A DNA stretch of 40,721 nucleotides from an uncultured Pseudorhodobacter sp. (GTDB lineage Bacteria > Pseudomonadota > Alphaproteobacteria > Rhodobacterales > Rhodobacteraceae): assembly GCA_937910975.1 (NCBI GenBank), contig CALEMZ010000459.1:1-40721 (forward strand), in the 5' to 3' direction. Positions 18,640 through 30,222 of the stretch are shown one piece after another; the stretch's first letter is position 1, and each line of letters starts with the position of its first letter. Under the pieces are notes generated by a model, which ran no database searches, was not told the DNA's origin, and saw nothing but the letters and a program-made list of their open reading frames with translations. The translations under genes were made by a program, and so were the position numbers.

Positions 18640-19997
18640 AACGCCTGATCCAAAAGGGCCTGATGTTTGGCAATCTGGTGGAGGTTTCCTCGCCCGCGCT
18701 GATTGAACGCTACAATCGCGCGTTGGAGTATCTTGCGGGCAAGCAGACCAAGCTTACAGATTTCCACATCGACATTTCCGGCTATTCGCCTGAGATCGGC
18801 GATGAGCTGGGCGATGATCATTACCTCAATCCCAATGGCTGCAACCGCCAGTTCATCTTGCTGACCACGGCGCAGAAATCTGCGCCTTTGCTCAACGTCA
18901 CTTTCTCCACCTCGCGTGGTATCTTGCGCCAGTTTATCGAGGCCAATGAGGCGCAGCTTTTCGCGCTGACCGCGCGCGATGCCGTGGCCGGGGAGTTGGC
19001 AAACAGCGTTTATGAGGTGACACATCCTGCCCGGCTGCTTGATATCCGCCGTATCACTATTGAGGCAGATACCATTGGCGGCCATGTCGCCGATGCCGCC
19101 AAGTTGGCGCAGATGATCGACCGCTTTCGCACCGAACGGGACGGCTGGCGCGATGATGTGTTGATTGCGCAGATGATCGGGCTGGCCAAGAAGACAGGCG
19201 ACGTGACCCGCGTACCCATAGCCCTGCCCAAGATGGCCTTCGAGCAGCCGAACTTCTGGACCTCGCATTTTGGCGGGCTTTATGTGTTTCGCGAACTGGC
19301 GGTTCCGGCGGTGATCTCGGCCCTGCCATCGGCGTCCTTGGGCGAGATGCCGCTGGCGCAGGTGATGGACCTGAGCCAGCGCAACAAGATCGCCGATTGG
19401 ATGGAGAAAAACGGGCTGGTGGAGCCGATCATCAAGGCGCGCGGCATGGATGCCGCCGCCGTTCTGCGCCAGAAGATGGATTTCATTCTGGTGGAGGCGG
19501 CGGATGCGCTGAACATTGATCTGGGCAATGCCACCCGCAACGACCTGCGCAAGGTCGCGCATAGGCTGGGCAAGGCGCTGCCCGAAGAATTCCTTGGCCT
19601 CGCGCGGCTTCTGGCCTGGGTTGAGGGCGGCGGTGACTGGCCGCGCATTACTTCGGAACATGCCGCGTATTTCTACACGCTGCGCGCGCGCCCCCATGCT
19701 GACCGGGATCTGGTAAACATGCTGCTCAGCCAGCTTGCGCCTTTGGATGTGCGCCAGATGTTCATCACCCATAAGGAGCTTTTCTACGCCAACTATGCCC
19801 GCTGGTCTGACCGCAAGCGCGGTTATGTTGCCGATTTTCTGGAACGGGAGTATCAGGTGGATAAGGTCGGCGCGCGTTCCGCCCTCTTTGGCCCCGAACC
19901 CGGAATGGATGAGGCCGAGCGCCCCGAACCGAAACCCAGCCCCACGATGGCCGATCTGGTCGGCCCATGGGGTGCTGTGCGAAAGGCCCGCCGATGA
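18636..19997 (+). CDS. Conserved hypothetical protein, resembles DUF6638 family
   Basis: Start MKRLIQKGLMFGNL after AAGGA; IDISGYSPE, YLNPNGCNRQFI, FWTSHFGG blocks. Family name from recall, unverified. Confidence 0.8.
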   Translation: MKRLIQKGLMFGNLVEVSSPALIERYNRALEYLAGKQTKLTDFHIDISGYSPEIGDELGDDHYLNPNGCNRQFILLTTAQKSAPLLNVTFSTSRGILRQFIEANEAQLFALTARDAVAGELANSVYEVTHPARLLDIRRITIEADTIGGHVADAAKLAQMIDRFRTERDGWRDDVLIAQMIGLAKKTGDVTRVPIALPKMAFEQPNFWTSHFGGLYVFRELAVPAVISALPSASLGEMPLAQVMDLSQRNKIADWMEKNGLVEPIIKARGMDAAAVLRQKMDFILVEAADALNIDLGNATRNDLRKVAHRLGKALPEEFLGLARLLAWVEGGGDWPRITSEHAAYFYTLRARPHADRDLVNMLLSQLAPLDVRQMFITHKELFYANYARWSDRKRGYVADFLEREYQVDKVGARSALFGPEPGMDEAERPEPKPSPTMADLVGPWGAVRKARR

Positions 19998-20260
19998 TCG
20001 GATTTATCAGATTGGCCGTTTTTGGCTTTATCGGGCTGACAGTGCTTTATTTTCTGGTCAGCATCTACTCGCGCTCGACCCGACGCGAGGAGCTTGAAAA
20101 GGCGTGGGGTGCTGAACAAGGGCCGGGGGATCGCGATGGGTTTATCGCCGCAGGCATGGCGGAATATGAAAAGGGCCTGCGCAAAAAGCTGATCTGGCTG
20201 GTCTATGTTATCCCGACCCTGGCCGTGATAGCCGCCGTTTACCTGTTGAACTTCGCCTGA
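19994..20260 (+). CDS. Small 2-TM membrane protein (88 aa)
   Basis: MIGFIRLAVFGFIGLTVLYFLV...LIWLVYVIPTLAVIAAVYLLNFA; ATGA overlap. Confidence 0.8.
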   Translation: MIGFIRLAVFGFIGLTVLYFLVSIYSRSTRREELEKAWGAEQGPGDRDGFIAAGMAEYEKGLRKKLIWLVYVIPTLAVIAAVYLLNFA

Positions 20261-20273
20261 AGGAGCCACGCCG

Positions 20274-20924
20274 ATGCGCTATGTAAAATGGACATTCATC
20301 GCAATCATTGCATTGCTGTTGTTTTCCTTCTTTCATTACACGCTGCCGCAAACGGATATTGCGCGCGTCGTGGGCACCGAAAACCGTCGTATCGACTTTG
20401 GCGAGAACTCGTTCTTTTGGGCCAGCCCCGATGTTGGCACGGCGATAGATAAGAACCGTGACGTGTTTTTCATTCAGACTTTCCGTGCCGATGGAAAGCC
20501 GATGGTTTATCGCAATGAAGACACTGGATGGGGTTGGCCGCCCTATTTCAAACTGGACAGTTCCAACTTGCAGGCCGAGGCGCAAAACATGGTCTCCAAC
20601 TCGGATAACCCGCGTTGGGCGGCCATTACCCATTACGGCTGGCGCAATGAATTCCTGACAATCTTTCCCAATGCCATCAGCATCCGCAGCGTCGAAGGCC
20701 CAGATGTCGGCTTTTTCCCGTGGTTTAATGTTATGTTCTTCATCGTGCTTGGTGGTGTGTTGCTTATGCTTTGGCGGATGTGGGCGCAGTTTCGTGAACG
20801 CACCATTGATCCGGCGCTGGAAAGCATCGGCGACACGATTGATGAGGTGGACGCGAAGGCCGACAATCTTTGGGCGCGCGTTACCCGGTGGTTGGGTAGC
20901 TGGAAGGGTAAACCGCGCCGCTGA
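20274..20924 (+). CDS. DUF1523-family membrane protein
   Basis: HYTLP, DVFFIQ, VYRNEDTGWGWPPYFKLDSSNLQAEA, HYGWR; N- and C-terminal TM helices; AGGAG RBS. Confidence 0.85.
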   Translation: MRYVKWTFIAIIALLLFSFFHYTLPQTDIARVVGTENRRIDFGENSFFWASPDVGTAIDKNRDVFFIQTFRADGKPMVYRNEDTGWGWPPYFKLDSSNLQAEAQNMVSNSDNPRWAAITHYGWRNEFLTIFPNAISIRSVEGPDVGFFPWFNVMFFIVLGGVLLMLWRMWAQFRERTIDPALESIGDTIDEVDAKADNLWARVTRWLGSWKGKPRR

Positions 20925-21141
20925 TTAAGAGTTCTCGGCGCTTATTGAAGCAAAGCATCGGTTTTTGACCTACGGCTTGCAGCGTGAAAGGCCGCAGAAG
21001 CTGGTCCGATCTGAGCGAGAAATGCATTGTCGAAACCCCCCAATTTCGAAGCCTTAAAAACGGGTTCAGGTTTCACAGGTTTCGCAGTAACCTTGCACAA
21101 AACGGCGGACTAAGCTGTGATCTGGAGCGAGGGGCTGTGAA

Positions 21142-23916
21142 ATGTATGGAATGGACGAGTTGATTGCGCTGGCGATTGTGCTTGGTCTCGCGGTGGTGTT
21201 TGGCGTCATCGCCGTGCCCTTTTTGCTTGTCTCGCACCTGAATCTAAAATCCAAAGTGCGCGATCTGGAGCGATTGGTGCTGCGCAATGCTTCCGAACGG
21301 GCCAAACAGCCGCAACCCGTCACCACTTCCGCACCCACTCCCCGTACCGAACGGGCTGCCCCCGATGCGCAGATCGCTGCTGAGTCCCCATGGTCGCCCG
21401 AACCGCCAGAGGCGACCGCCGTTGTCGCTCCGCGTCCAGAACAGCCTGCCACGCCAGCGGCCTATGTTTTCAAACCCGGGCTGATCGATAATATCACTGG
21501 GTGGCTGCGCGAAAACTGGGTGCTGGCGATCGCCGCAGCGTCGCTGGCGCTGGCGGGCGTGTTCATGGTGCAATACGGGGTCGAAAAAGGGCTGCTGACG
21601 CCGTTCTGGCGCGTCATGGGGGCGCTAGGCTTTGGTACTGCGCTAATTGCAGGGGGCGAATTTATCCGCCGCCGCGCAGGAGATGAGGATGGCGCCACCC
21701 GCTACCTTCCCTCCACACTCTCCGGCGCGGGAATTGTTGTACTTTATGCCGGCGTGTTTTCCGCTCGCGCACTCTATGGGTTAATCGGCCCCGGCACCAC
21801 GTTTCTGGGGCTTGGCGGCGTGTCAGTGGTGGCCTTGGTTCTGGGCTGGTTTCACGGCCCGATCCTTGCCGCCGTTGGTATCCTAGGCGCCACCGCTGCC
21901 CCCTTCATGGTGGGCGGCAGTTCCGAAAACTCTTGGATATTGCACTATTATTTCGCGATGATAGCCATTGTTGCCTTGGGCATCGACACGATAAAGCGAT
22001 GGGCATGGGTTTCGGTGCTTGGCCTGATCGTGACCATTGCGGCAGGCTGGCTGCTTTACCTCGACGCCGGGGCAGAGCCGCATTTCATAGCAGGCGCACT
22101 CATCATCACCTTTGCCGCCTTCACTATCCCCGAACGCGGGTTGATCCCGCGCCAGTCCGGGCCTTCGATGCTGGAGATGCTGCGCACGCGTAGAAAATCC
22201 CTGCCGGAGTTTCCGGCCCGGCTGGCCTTTGGGGCCACTCTCGCCGCCACGGCCGCGGCCCTTGCGGTGCAAGCAGGGGCCAACACCCCTGATACTGTCT
22301 GGCTGGCGCTTGTTGCACTCATGCTGCTCCTGATCGCCACAACGCTCTGGACGCGTGAGGCCCCGGCCCTTTACGATCACGCCCTGATCCCCGGCATTGC
22401 CTTTCTGGTGGCGCTTGCGCTGGAAAGCGCGGGCTACGGCCCCTTGTTCCGCGAATTTCAACACGCGGGCCTGCCCGTCACCGAAGGCCCCGCCACCTCC
22501 ATCCCAATGACCGTCTGGGTACTGGCTGCTTTTGGCGCGCTAGGCACATTGCTGATGTTTGCGCGGATGCAATGGGCGCTGGCCGAGAATGAACCTAGGC
22601 CAATCGCTCCAACCTTCTGGGCGCTTTCGGCCACCGTCTTCGCCCCGGCTACGCTGCTCACCCTCGAATTTCTTTGGGCACCGGGCGCGGTGCTTGGTCA
22701 GTATCCTTGGGCTCTTGTCGCGATCACCATGGCCGCACTTATGGTCTGGCTCGCCACTCGCGCCGCCACAGCCACCGACGAGGGACGCCCCCTGCGCGTG
22801 GGCTTTTTCGCCGTTGGCGCACTGACGCTGATTACGCTGGCCTTCTTCCTCGTGCTCACCAAATCGGCCCTCACCGTGGCGCTGGCCGTCATGGTGCTTG
22901 GCACGGCGGTGCTGGACCGCCGCTACGCCCTGCCGCCGCTTACATGGTTCATCCAGATAGCCGTCGCCATCATCACCTTCCGGCTGGTGATGTGGCCCGG
23001 CCTTGACTGGGCGCTTGGCTATGATTTTAACGGTGACGCCTTCCGCATCCCCTATTTTGAGGTCGCTTTCGCCTTCCTCGCCACCCTCGCCCTGCTGGCC
23101 CCCGCATGGTGGATTTCGCGCGGGCAACGGCTCAAAACCGCGCTGGTGCTGGAAAGCGTGTGCTGGACGATTCTCGGCGTTTTCCTCGCCATTACCCTGC
23201 TCCGCGCCGCCCCGAGGGCTGCGCAAGAAAGCCATTGGGTGATGGGCCTGATGTCCACGATCTGGATCGCGCTTGCGTTGAACCAGCTTTACCGGATGAA
23301 GGCCGGGAGCCGCTTCATGATAAGCTTGCGTGCAGGTCTGGCCGGGATTTACAGCCTTATTGCGCTTGGCACCCTCTTTGAGCTTCTCTTCAGCTCTAAC
23401 CCGCTGACCGCGTATTCCGAACCCGTTGTTGGCCCGCCAATCTTTGACAGCCTCGCGCTGGCCTTCCTGCCCTTGGCTGCCGCCTTCGCCGTCGCCGCAT
23501 GGAAAATTCGCCACTTCGGGCGCATCCCACGCATCGGATTCATCATAGCCTCGGCAGGCTTCAGCACGCTTTATGTTGGCATGGAAATCCGCCGCCTCTG
23601 GCGCGGGCGCGACCTGACAGTGCCGGGCTTCACCGACCCCGAGCTTTACAGCTACACCCTCGCCATGCTCTTCGCCTCCGTGGCGCTGCTGGTCTTTGCC
23701 TTTGGCCGCCGCTCTGACACCCTGCGCAAGATCGCCATGGCCGGGGTTGCGCTCACCGTCGCCAAAGTGTTCTTGGTGGATATGTCCGGCCTCTCTGGTC
23801 TGACGCGGGTGTTTTCCTTCATGGGGCTCGGCCTGTCGCTTGTGGGCCTCGCATGGCTCAACCGGAAAATGACCGCGCAATGGGAGCGCAGCGCCCCGTC
23901 GCAGCCTCAGCCGTAA
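21142..23916 (+). CDS. DUF2339-family large polytopic membrane protein
   Basis: Pro-rich linker, more than 20 hydrophobic segments, C-terminal [24 protein letters not shown]. Confidence 0.88.
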   Translation: MYGMDELIALAIVLGLAVVFGVIAVPFLLVSHLNLKSKVRDLERLVLRNASERAKQPQPVTTSAPTPRTERAAPDAQIAAESPWSPEPPEATAVVAPRPEQPATPAAYVFKPGLIDNITGWLRENWVLAIAAASLALAGVFMVQYGVEKGLLTPFWRVMGALGFGTALIAGGEFIRRRAGDEDGATRYLPSTLSGAGIVVLYAGVFSARALYGLIGPGTTFLGLGGVSVVALVLGWFHGPILAAVGILGATAAPFMVGGSSENSWILHYYFAMIAIVALGIDTIKRWAWVSVLGLIVTIAAGWLLYLDAGAEPHFIAGALIITFAAFTIPERGLIPRQSGPSMLEMLRTRRKSLPEFPARLAFGATLAATAAALAVQAGANTPDTVWLALVALMLLLIATTLWTREAPALYDHALIPGIAFLVALALESAGYGPLFREFQHAGLPVTEGPATSIPMTVWVLAAFGALGTLLMFARMQWALAENEPRPIAPTFWALSATVFAPATLLTLEFLWAPGAVLGQYPWALVAITMAALMVWLATRAATATDEGRPLRVGFFAVGALTLITLAFFLVLTKSALTVALAVMVLGTAVLDRRYALPPLTWFIQIAVAIITFRLVMWPGLDWALGYDFNGDAFRIPYFEVAFAFLATLALLAPAWWISRGQRLKTALVLESVCWTILGVFLAITLLRAAPRAAQESHWVMGLMSTIWIALALNQLYRMKAGSRFMISLRAGLAGIYSLIALGTLFELLFSSNPLTAYSEPVVGPPIFDSLALAFLPLAAAFAVAAWKIRHFGRIPRIGFIIASAGFSTLYVGMEIRRLWRGRDLTVPGFTDPELYSYTLAMLFASVALLVFAFGRRSDTLRKIAMAGVALTVAKVFLVDMSGLSGLTRVFSFMGLGLSLVGLAWLNRKMTAQWERSAPSQPQP

Positions 23917-23951
23917 AGACCAAGCTAATACCCTCTTATTCAGGCGACCCC

Positions 23952-25550
23952 ATGACCGAACCCAGAACCTACGACTATATCATCATCGGCGCAGGGGCTG
24001 CGGGTTGCGTCTTGGCTAACCGTTTGTCCGAGAACCCAAAGACCACCGTCCTGCTGTTGGAGGCTGGCGGGCGCGATACCTATCCTTGGGTGCATATCCC
24101 CGTGGGATACCTTTATTGCATGGGCAATCCCCGCACCGATTGGTGTTATAAGACCGCGCCCGAACCGGGGCTGAACAACCGCGCGCTTAACTACCCGAGG
24201 GGTCGCATCCTTGGCGGCTGCACCGCGATCAACGGCATGATCTACATGCGCGGCCAAGCGGCGGATTATGACGGCTGGCGGCAGATGGGCAACACGGGCT
24301 GGGGCTGGGACGATGTGCTGCCCTATTTTCTGAAATCCGAAGACAATGTTCGCGGCGCCGACGCTCTGCATGCGCAGGGCGGCGAATGGCGGGTGGAAGA
24401 ACCCCGCATCCGCTGGGATATTCTCGACGCGTTTCAGGCCGCCGCCGAACAGACAGGCATCCCCAAAACCGATGATTTTAACCGGGGCGACAACTTCGGC
24501 TGCGGCTATTTTCAGGTCAACCAACGCGCGGGTTGGCGCGTAAGCAGTGCCAAGGCATTCCTGCGCCCTGCCCAAAATCGCCCTAACCTGACCGTACTTA
24601 CTCATGCGACCGCGCGCCACTTGTTGCTGAACGGTAGCCACGTCACGGGCGTCGCCTTCGCGCATAAGGGCCATGCGCGTGAGGCGCTGAGCGGTAAGGA
24701 AACCATCCTCGCCGCAGGCGCGATCGGCTCGCCGCAGATACTGATGCTTTCGGGGATCGGCCCTGCCGCACATCTGGCCGAACAGGGCATAACGCCGCTG
24801 CATGATCTGCCCGGCGTCGGCCAGAACCTGCAAGACCATCTGCAAATCCGCACCGTCTACAAGGTCGCCAACACCACCACGCTGAACCAGATGGCAAACA
24901 GCCTGTGGGGCAAGGCAAAGATCGCGGCCCAATACGCGCTCACCCGCTCCGGCCCGATGTCCATGGCCCCCTCTCAACTTGGTGCCTTTGCCTATTCCAG
25001 CGAGGAAAAAGCTACGCCAGACCTTGAATACCACGTCCAGCCGCTGTCCCTTGATAGCTTCGGCACCGATCTGCACCCGTTTCCGGCCATCACCGCAAGC
25101 GTCTGCAACTTGCGCCCCACCAGCCGGGGCAGCGTGACCCTGCGCAGCCCGAACCCGTCAGACGCCCCCGTCATCGCGCCCAATTTCCTGAGCACCGTCG
25201 AGGATCAGATCACCGCCACCAACGCGATCCACGTCACCCGTCGTATCATGGCCCAGCCCGCGCTGGCCCCGTTTGCGCCAGAGGAGTTCCGCCCCGGCCC
25301 AAGCCTGCAAACCCACGAAGACCTTCTCCCCGCCATCGGCGACATCGCCACCACCATCTTTCACCCCGTCGGCACCGCCACAATGGGGACAGGCCCAATG
25401 GCCGTGGTCGATGCGCAGCTTCGTGTCCACGGCCTCTCCGGGTTGCGCGTGGTCGATGCCTCGGTGATGCCCAGCATTACCTCCGGCAATACCTCCAGCC
25501 CGACTGTGATGATCGCTGAAAAGGCGGCGGATATGATCAAGACGGGGTAA
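23952..25550 (+). CDS. GMC oxidoreductase (choline dehydrogenase-like)
   Basis: [38 protein letters not shown]. Confidence 0.93.
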   Translation: MTEPRTYDYIIIGAGAAGCVLANRLSENPKTTVLLLEAGGRDTYPWVHIPVGYLYCMGNPRTDWCYKTAPEPGLNNRALNYPRGRILGGCTAINGMIYMRGQAADYDGWRQMGNTGWGWDDVLPYFLKSEDNVRGADALHAQGGEWRVEEPRIRWDILDAFQAAAEQTGIPKTDDFNRGDNFGCGYFQVNQRAGWRVSSAKAFLRPAQNRPNLTVLTHATARHLLLNGSHVTGVAFAHKGHAREALSGKETILAAGAIGSPQILMLSGIGPAAHLAEQGITPLHDLPGVGQNLQDHLQIRTVYKVANTTTLNQMANSLWGKAKIAAQYALTRSGPMSMAPSQLGAFAYSSEEKATPDLEYHVQPLSLDSFGTDLHPFPAITASVCNLRPTSRGSVTLRSPNPSDAPVIAPNFLSTVEDQITATNAIHVTRRIMAQPALAPFAPEEFRPGPSLQTHEDLLPAIGDIATTIFHPVGTATMGTGPMAVVDAQLRVHGLSGLRVVDASVMPSITSGNTSSPTVMIAEKAADMIKTG

Positions 25551-25713
25551 GGCGCTCCTGAAGGGTAGCTTGGAGCGCAAAGAGCAACTGGCCCGTGGCG
25601 GCTTTGTTCAGATGGCTTCGAAGTACTTTATTTTCTGACCCTCCTTGTAGCGTCGCGGCCCAACAATGACATGTCGATGTAGCGCGGACATTTGGCACGC
25701 TTTGGGGGCTTTC

Positions 25714-26631
25714 TTGGATTACTTGTATATCTTGATCGGCTTGGTCGGTCTGTTTCTTGGTGGCGAAGCGCTTGTTCGCGGCAGCGTTAACATCGCGCGC
25801 CGAATGGCGATTTCTCCTTTCGTCATTGGCTTGACGGTCGTTGGCTTTGGGACTTCAACCCCCGAACTTCTGGTGTCGGTGCAAGCCGCCTTGCGGGGCG
25901 TTCCTGATATAGCGATTGGGAACATAATTGGATCGAACATCGCCAACATTTTGCTGATTGTCGGCCTGACCGCCTTGGTATGGCCGATCCGCGTCGCAGG
26001 GGCCACGTTGCGGCGTGACACTGCGGTCATGATCACCGCGGGGCTCTTATTGGTGCCGCTTTTTGCGTTGGGCGAAGTTGGCCGCTTGGCGGGCGGTGTA
26101 TTGGTTGGTGGATTGATCCTCTATCTGGTTTGGACGTTCCTGAAGCCGGGGCAACACACCACCGACGACGAGACCGAAGCCGCGCCAATGTCCGTTGCTC
26201 TTTCGCTGTTATGGGTCGTAGTCGGCCTTGCTGCGCTGATGTTTGGCGCGCGGTTTTTGGTCGACGGTGCCGTATCCATTGCGCGGGATTTTGGTGTGTC
26301 CGAGGCGTTCATTGGCCTGACCATTGTCGCCGTAGGAACGTCGCTGCCAGAGCTTGCAACCTCGCTCATCGCGGCGTTCCGTCGACAGTCAGAGATCGCG
26401 ATTGGCAATATCGTGGGCTCCAACATTTTCAACACCCTGGGCATTTTGGGTGTGACCGCACTTATTACGCCGATCCCGGTCGCATCCCGTTTCCTGACAT
26501 TCGATTTGCCGATTATGGTCGCTGCGTCGTTTGTCTTGACGGGTCTGTTGCTCGCGCGGCCACAGATAAGTCGCGGCGTTGGTGCGGTGATGTTGCTGAG
26601 CTACGTCGTTTATGTTTTCGCAGCACAATAA
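25714..26631 (+). CDS. Calcium/sodium antiporter (YrbG, CaCA family)
   Basis: Twin alpha repeats GTSTPE/GTSLPE and GNIIGSNIAN/GNIVGSNIFN. TTG start at 25714 is inferred. Confidence 0.9.
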   Translation: MDYLYILIGLVGLFLGGEALVRGSVNIARRMAISPFVIGLTVVGFGTSTPELLVSVQAALRGVPDIAIGNIIGSNIANILLIVGLTALVWPIRVAGATLRRDTAVMITAGLLLVPLFALGEVGRLAGGVLVGGLILYLVWTFLKPGQHTTDDETEAAPMSVALSLLWVVVGLAALMFGARFLVDGAVSIARDFGVSEAFIGLTIVAVGTSLPELATSLIAAFRRQSEIAIGNIVGSNIFNTLGILGVTALITPIPVASRFLTFDLPIMVAASFVLTGLLLARPQISRGVGAVMLLSYVVYVFAAQ

Positions 26632-26670
26632 TGGAATACGGGATGCCCGATTGGCCGCATCACCCACCCC

Positions 26671-26698
26671 AAAATACGCGCGCGGACACACCGCGCGC
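26671..26698 (-). terminator. Terminator-like hairpin downstream of dapD
   Basis: Minus strand GCGCGCGG-TGTGT-CCGCGCGC followed by GTATTTT. Confidence 0.6.
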
Positions 26699-26708
26699 GC
26701 AGCCAAAA

Positions 26709-27533
26709 TCAATCCCGCAGTAGCTCGTTGATCGAGGTTTTGGACCGCGTCTGCGCGTCCACCTTCTTCACGATCACGGCGCAGTAAAGGTTGATCCCGT
26801 TCTTTGATGGCATTGTTCCCGCCACCACAACCGACCCGGCGGGCACCTCGCCATAGCTCACCGATCCAGTTTCCCGGTCCACGATCTTCGTCGATTGCCC
26901 GATGAAAACCCCCATCCCCAGAACCGAGCCTTCGCGGACAATACAGCCCTCAACCACTTCAGACCGGGCGCCGATAAAGCAGTTGTCTTCAATAATCGTC
27001 GGCCCCGCCTGCATCGGCTCCAACACGCCGCCAATGCCAACCCCGCCCGACAGATGCACATTCTTGCCGATCTGCGCGCAAGATCCGACCGTGGCCCAGC
27101 CGTCGACCATCGAGCCTTCATCGACATAGGCCCCGATATTGACGAACGACGGCATCAAAACCACGCCCTTGCCAATAAAGGCCGAGCGGCGAACGATAGA
27201 CCCTGGCACCGCCCGAAAGCCCGCTGTGCGCCACTGCTCTGCGCCCCAGCCGGTAAACTTTGATGGGACTTTATCCCACCAGGTTGTCCCGCCATTGCCG
27301 CCCGAAATCGGCTCCATATCATTAAGCCGGAACGACAACAAAACCGCCTTCTTGGCCCATTGGTTCACATGCCAATCCGCGCCACGCTTTTCGGCCACAC
27401 GCAGGTTGCCACTGTCCAGCGCGGTCAGCGTGGCCTCAATCGCGTCGCGCACCTCGCCTTTGGTGGCGGGCGAGATCGCGTCACGCGCCTCCCATGCGGC
27501 CTCGATCGCGGCTTCCAATGCGGTGTTGTTCAT
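26709..27533 (-). CDS. dapD: Tetrahydrodipicolinate N-succinyltransferase
   Basis: [52 protein letters not shown]. Start is 27533 or 27539. Confidence 0.96.
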   Translation of the reverse strand: MNNTALEAAIEAAWEARDAISPATKGEVRDAIEATLTALDSGNLRVAEKRGADWHVNQWAKKAVLLSFRLNDMEPISGGNGGTTWWDKVPSKFTGWGAEQWRTAGFRAVPGSIVRRSAFIGKGVVLMPSFVNIGAYVDEGSMVDGWATVGSCAQIGKNVHLSGGVGIGGVLEPMQAGPTIIEDNCFIGARSEVVEGCIVREGSVLGMGVFIGQSTKIVDRETGSVSYGEVPAGSVVVAGTMPSKNGINLYCAVIVKKVDAQTRSKTSINELLRD

Positions 27534-27616
27534 GCTCATTTTCCTTCGCTCAGGGTCTTTGGAATAGGGGTTTGGCCGGGTTTAACGGCCCCGACTCTAT
27601 TGCGCAACAACCCATG

Positions 27617-28165
27617 TCACCGCCACTTGATAGAGCAGCCCATCGACGCGACTTGCTCCACAGGTCCGGCCCCGGTTTCTGCCACCCTGCGCATCGCATT
27701 AAGCAATTCCGGCACCCGCGCGCTTGCATCCCCGTGCATGCCGATATTATCCAGCCGCCCGCGATACTGCAACGCACCCGCCGCGTTGTAACCAAAGAAC
27801 TCCGGCGTACAAACCGCACTGTAAGCCTGTGCGGTCGATTGGTCTTCATCCACCAGATAGGGCGCCCGCAGCCCATGCGCGACCGCAAACCGCGCCATCG
27901 CCTCTGGCGCGTCATCGGGCACGCGGGTGTAATCGTTTGGCATGATCAACCCGACCCCTATTCCGATGCCCTGCAACACCTCAATATCTGCCGCCAGCCG
28001 GTCAATCACCGTCTGAACATAGGGGCAATGGTTGCAGATAAACGCCACCAGCAACCCCTTCTTTCCCATCAGATCATCGCGCCCATAGGTCACACCGTCC
28101 GCCGTGCGCAGCCGAAAGTCCGGTGCTGCACGCCCAAAATCACAAACTTCGCTTTGCGCTGCCAT
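27617..28165 (-). CDS. Thioredoxin-fold AhpC/TSA-like protein
   Basis: FICNHCPYV, AVCTPEFF, YRGRLD, SMGCSIKW. Confidence 0.9.
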   Translation of the reverse strand: MAAQSEVCDFGRAAPDFRLRTADGVTYGRDDLMGKKGLLVAFICNHCPYVQTVIDRLAADIEVLQGIGIGVGLIMPNDYTRVPDDAPEAMARFAVAHGLRAPYLVDEDQSTAQAYSAVCTPEFFGYNAAGALQYRGRLDNIGMHGDASARVPELLNAMRRVAETGAGPVEQVASMGCSIKWR

Positions 28166-28247
28166 GGCAAACTCCCTCATTGCTTTCATATGGCTGCAAG
28201 AACGGCTAGCCTGCCTCCACCCTACAACCTGTTTAAAAGAGTGCCAG

Positions 28248-29075
28248 ATGAAAGACGACGCCCGCAAACACCCGTTCCGCGACAGCCAGGAAGACGTGAA
28301 GGCCGCGCGCGAGATACCCGATACCCCCCAAACCCGCGCGCCCGCCTATCGCCTCGCTTTCACGGATAATGAATTCATGTGCCGGGAGGAGTTGCGCCCC
28401 GTCCGGCTGCAACTCGAACTCCTCAAACCGCAGCTGGTGATGGATGAACGCGGGATCGAGAGCACCATCGTGCTTTTCGGTGGTGCCCGCATCCCGGAAC
28501 CTGCGAAAAAAGATCAGGCCCGCACCAAATCCTTGGCGGAGCTCTCAAAATATTACGCCGAGGCGCAAAAATTCGCCTTCATTATGACAGAACGGTCCAT
28601 GGCCAGCTATGGGCGCGAAAACGTCATCGTCACTGGCGGCGGCCCGGGTGTGATGGAAGCGGGAAACCGCGGCGCGCATGAGGCGGGGGGACAGAGCATC
28701 GGCCTCAACATCGTGCTGCCGCATGAACAGGCCCCCAATGAATATGTGACGCCGGATCTGTGCTTCAACTTCCACTATTTCGCGATCCGAAAAATGCATT
28801 TCCTGATGCGCGCTGCCGCAATCTGCATCTTTCCCGGCGGCTTTGGCACGCTGGACGAGTTGTTCGAAAGCCTCACGCTGATTCAGACTGGGCGCATGAA
28901 GCCCGTGCCCTTCTTGCTCTTCGGCAAAGCCTTTTGGGAGACCATCATCAACTGGGGCGCATTGGCCGAGGCAGGCACCATCTCAGCCGAAGACCTGAAC
29001 CTCTTCCGCTTTGTCGAGACCGCAGAAGAGGCGATTGCAATCATCGACTCTTGGGAGGCCGCGCCAGAAGCCTGA
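28248..29075 (+). CDS. LOG-family (TIGR00730-like) nucleotide phosphoribohydrolase
   Basis: TGGGPGVMEAGN, HYFAIRKMHF, PGGFGTLDE. Confidence 0.9.
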   Translation: MKDDARKHPFRDSQEDVKAAREIPDTPQTRAPAYRLAFTDNEFMCREELRPVRLQLELLKPQLVMDERGIESTIVLFGGARIPEPAKKDQARTKSLAELSKYYAEAQKFAFIMTERSMASYGRENVIVTGGGPGVMEAGNRGAHEAGGQSIGLNIVLPHEQAPNEYVTPDLCFNFHYFAIRKMHFLMRAAAICIFPGGFGTLDELFESLTLIQTGRMKPVPFLLFGKAFWETIINWGALAEAGTISAEDLNLFRFVETAEEAIAIIDSWEAAPEA

Positions 29076-29147
29076 TTTCGAATGCTAATCCGTCATGGCT
29101 TAAGGCAAACCTGAAACGCTACAGTTGAATTGGCTTCAGGGCCAATC

Positions 29148-29164
29148 GGGGGCAGAAAGCCCCC
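29148..29164. terminator. GC hairpin between convergent LOG and mbfA genes
   Basis: GGGGGC-AGAAA-GCCCCC; no clear U tract. Confidence 0.4.
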
Positions 29165-29173
29165 CGCGCCGCG

Positions 29174-30151
29174 TCACCCCGCGCCAATCAACATCCCCGC
29201 GGCTAGCACCAGCCCGCCACCCAAGACCACCTGAAAGGTAGCGCGCAGAAATGGGGTCTGCATAAAGCGGTTCTGAATCCAGACAATCGCCCAAAGCTCC
29301 AAGAACACCACTGCAATGGCGAGCATCGTTGCGGTCCAGAAATCGGGAATAAGATAGGGCAGGGCATGGCCCAGCCCGCCCACGGTTGTCATTACCCCCG
29401 CCGCGATCCCGCGTTTGAGCGGCGAGCCACGCCCCGAAAGCTGCCCGTCATCCGATGCCGCCTCGGTAAAGCCCATCGAAATCCCCGCGCCAATCGCAGC
29501 GGCAAGGCCCACAAGCAGGGTCGTGTGGTTGTTCTGTGTGGCAAACGCCACTGCAAAAACCGGTGCGAGGGTGGACACAGAACCATCCATCAACCCCGCC
29601 AAACCCGGCTGCACCCATGTCAGCACGAATTGCCGATGCGCGGTGCGATCCTCTGCCGCGCGGGCATCGCCACCCAAGTGCTCGGCCTCCAAAAGGTCCG
29701 CCTGACCCTCATGCCGGGCCTCAGCCGCCGCAAGGTCGCCCAGAAGTTTGCGCGTCGCCGCATCCGTGGTCCGGGCCGCCGCGCGCAAATAGAAGTCATG
29801 CGCATCATGCTCCATTGCCGCCGCCTCACCGCGGATTTTCTCCAGCCCAAGGTTTTCCGTCAACCACACCGGGCGGCGCGCATAAAAGCCTGCCACATGC
29901 TCGCGCCGGATCAGGGGGATCACCTTGCCAAACCGTGCCACATGTAGGTCAATCAGCCGCTGGCGGTGCTCGTCCTCCTCCTCGGCCATGCCATCAAACA
30001 CGGAGGCAGAGTTGGGGAAATCTGTGCGCAACCGTTCGGCATAGCTCCGATAGATCTGCGCATCATCTTCCTCTGACGATATTGCCAGCGCCAGAATTTC
30101 TTGCTCGGTCAGGTCGCTAAAGCGGCGGCGGTTCGAAAAGCCGGGGATCAT
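29174..30151 (-). CDS. mbfA: Iron exporter MbfA (rubrerythrin-like + VIT1/CCC1 domain)
   Basis: LAISSEEDD...EEDEH...EARH diiron ligands; QPGLAGLMDGSVSTLAP VIT1 motif. Confidence 0.93.
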   Translation of the reverse strand: MIPGFSNRRRFSDLTEQEILALAISSEEDDAQIYRSYAERLRTDFPNSASVFDGMAEEEDEHRQRLIDLHVARFGKVIPLIRREHVAGFYARRPVWLTENLGLEKIRGEAAAMEHDAHDFYLRAAARTTDAATRKLLGDLAAAEARHEGQADLLEAEHLGGDARAAEDRTAHRQFVLTWVQPGLAGLMDGSVSTLAPVFAVAFATQNNHTTLLVGLAAAIGAGISMGFTEAASDDGQLSGRGSPLKRGIAAGVMTTVGGLGHALPYLIPDFWTATMLAIAVVFLELWAIVWIQNRFMQTPFLRATFQVVLGGGLVLAAGMLIGAG

Positions 30152-30163
30152 ATAAGCCTCCAA

Positions 30164-30180
30164 TTTGGAATCATTCTAAG
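30164..30180. promoter_or_regulatory. Irr iron control element (ICE) upstream of mbfA
   Basis: TTTGGAATCATTCTAAG versus ICE consensus TTTRGAAYNRTTCYAAA, directly upstream of the mbfA RBS. mbfA is a known Irr target. Confidence 0.85.
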
Positions 30181-30222
30181 ATACACGGGCGCGGAATTAA
30201 GGGCAACACCAAGAGGCGGAAG

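Noticed and set aside
28248-29075. Lysine decarboxylase call suggested by proximity to dapD
   Set aside because: PGGxGTxxE proteins are LOG phosphoribohydrolases; no PLP motif. The decarboxylase label is a known misannotation.
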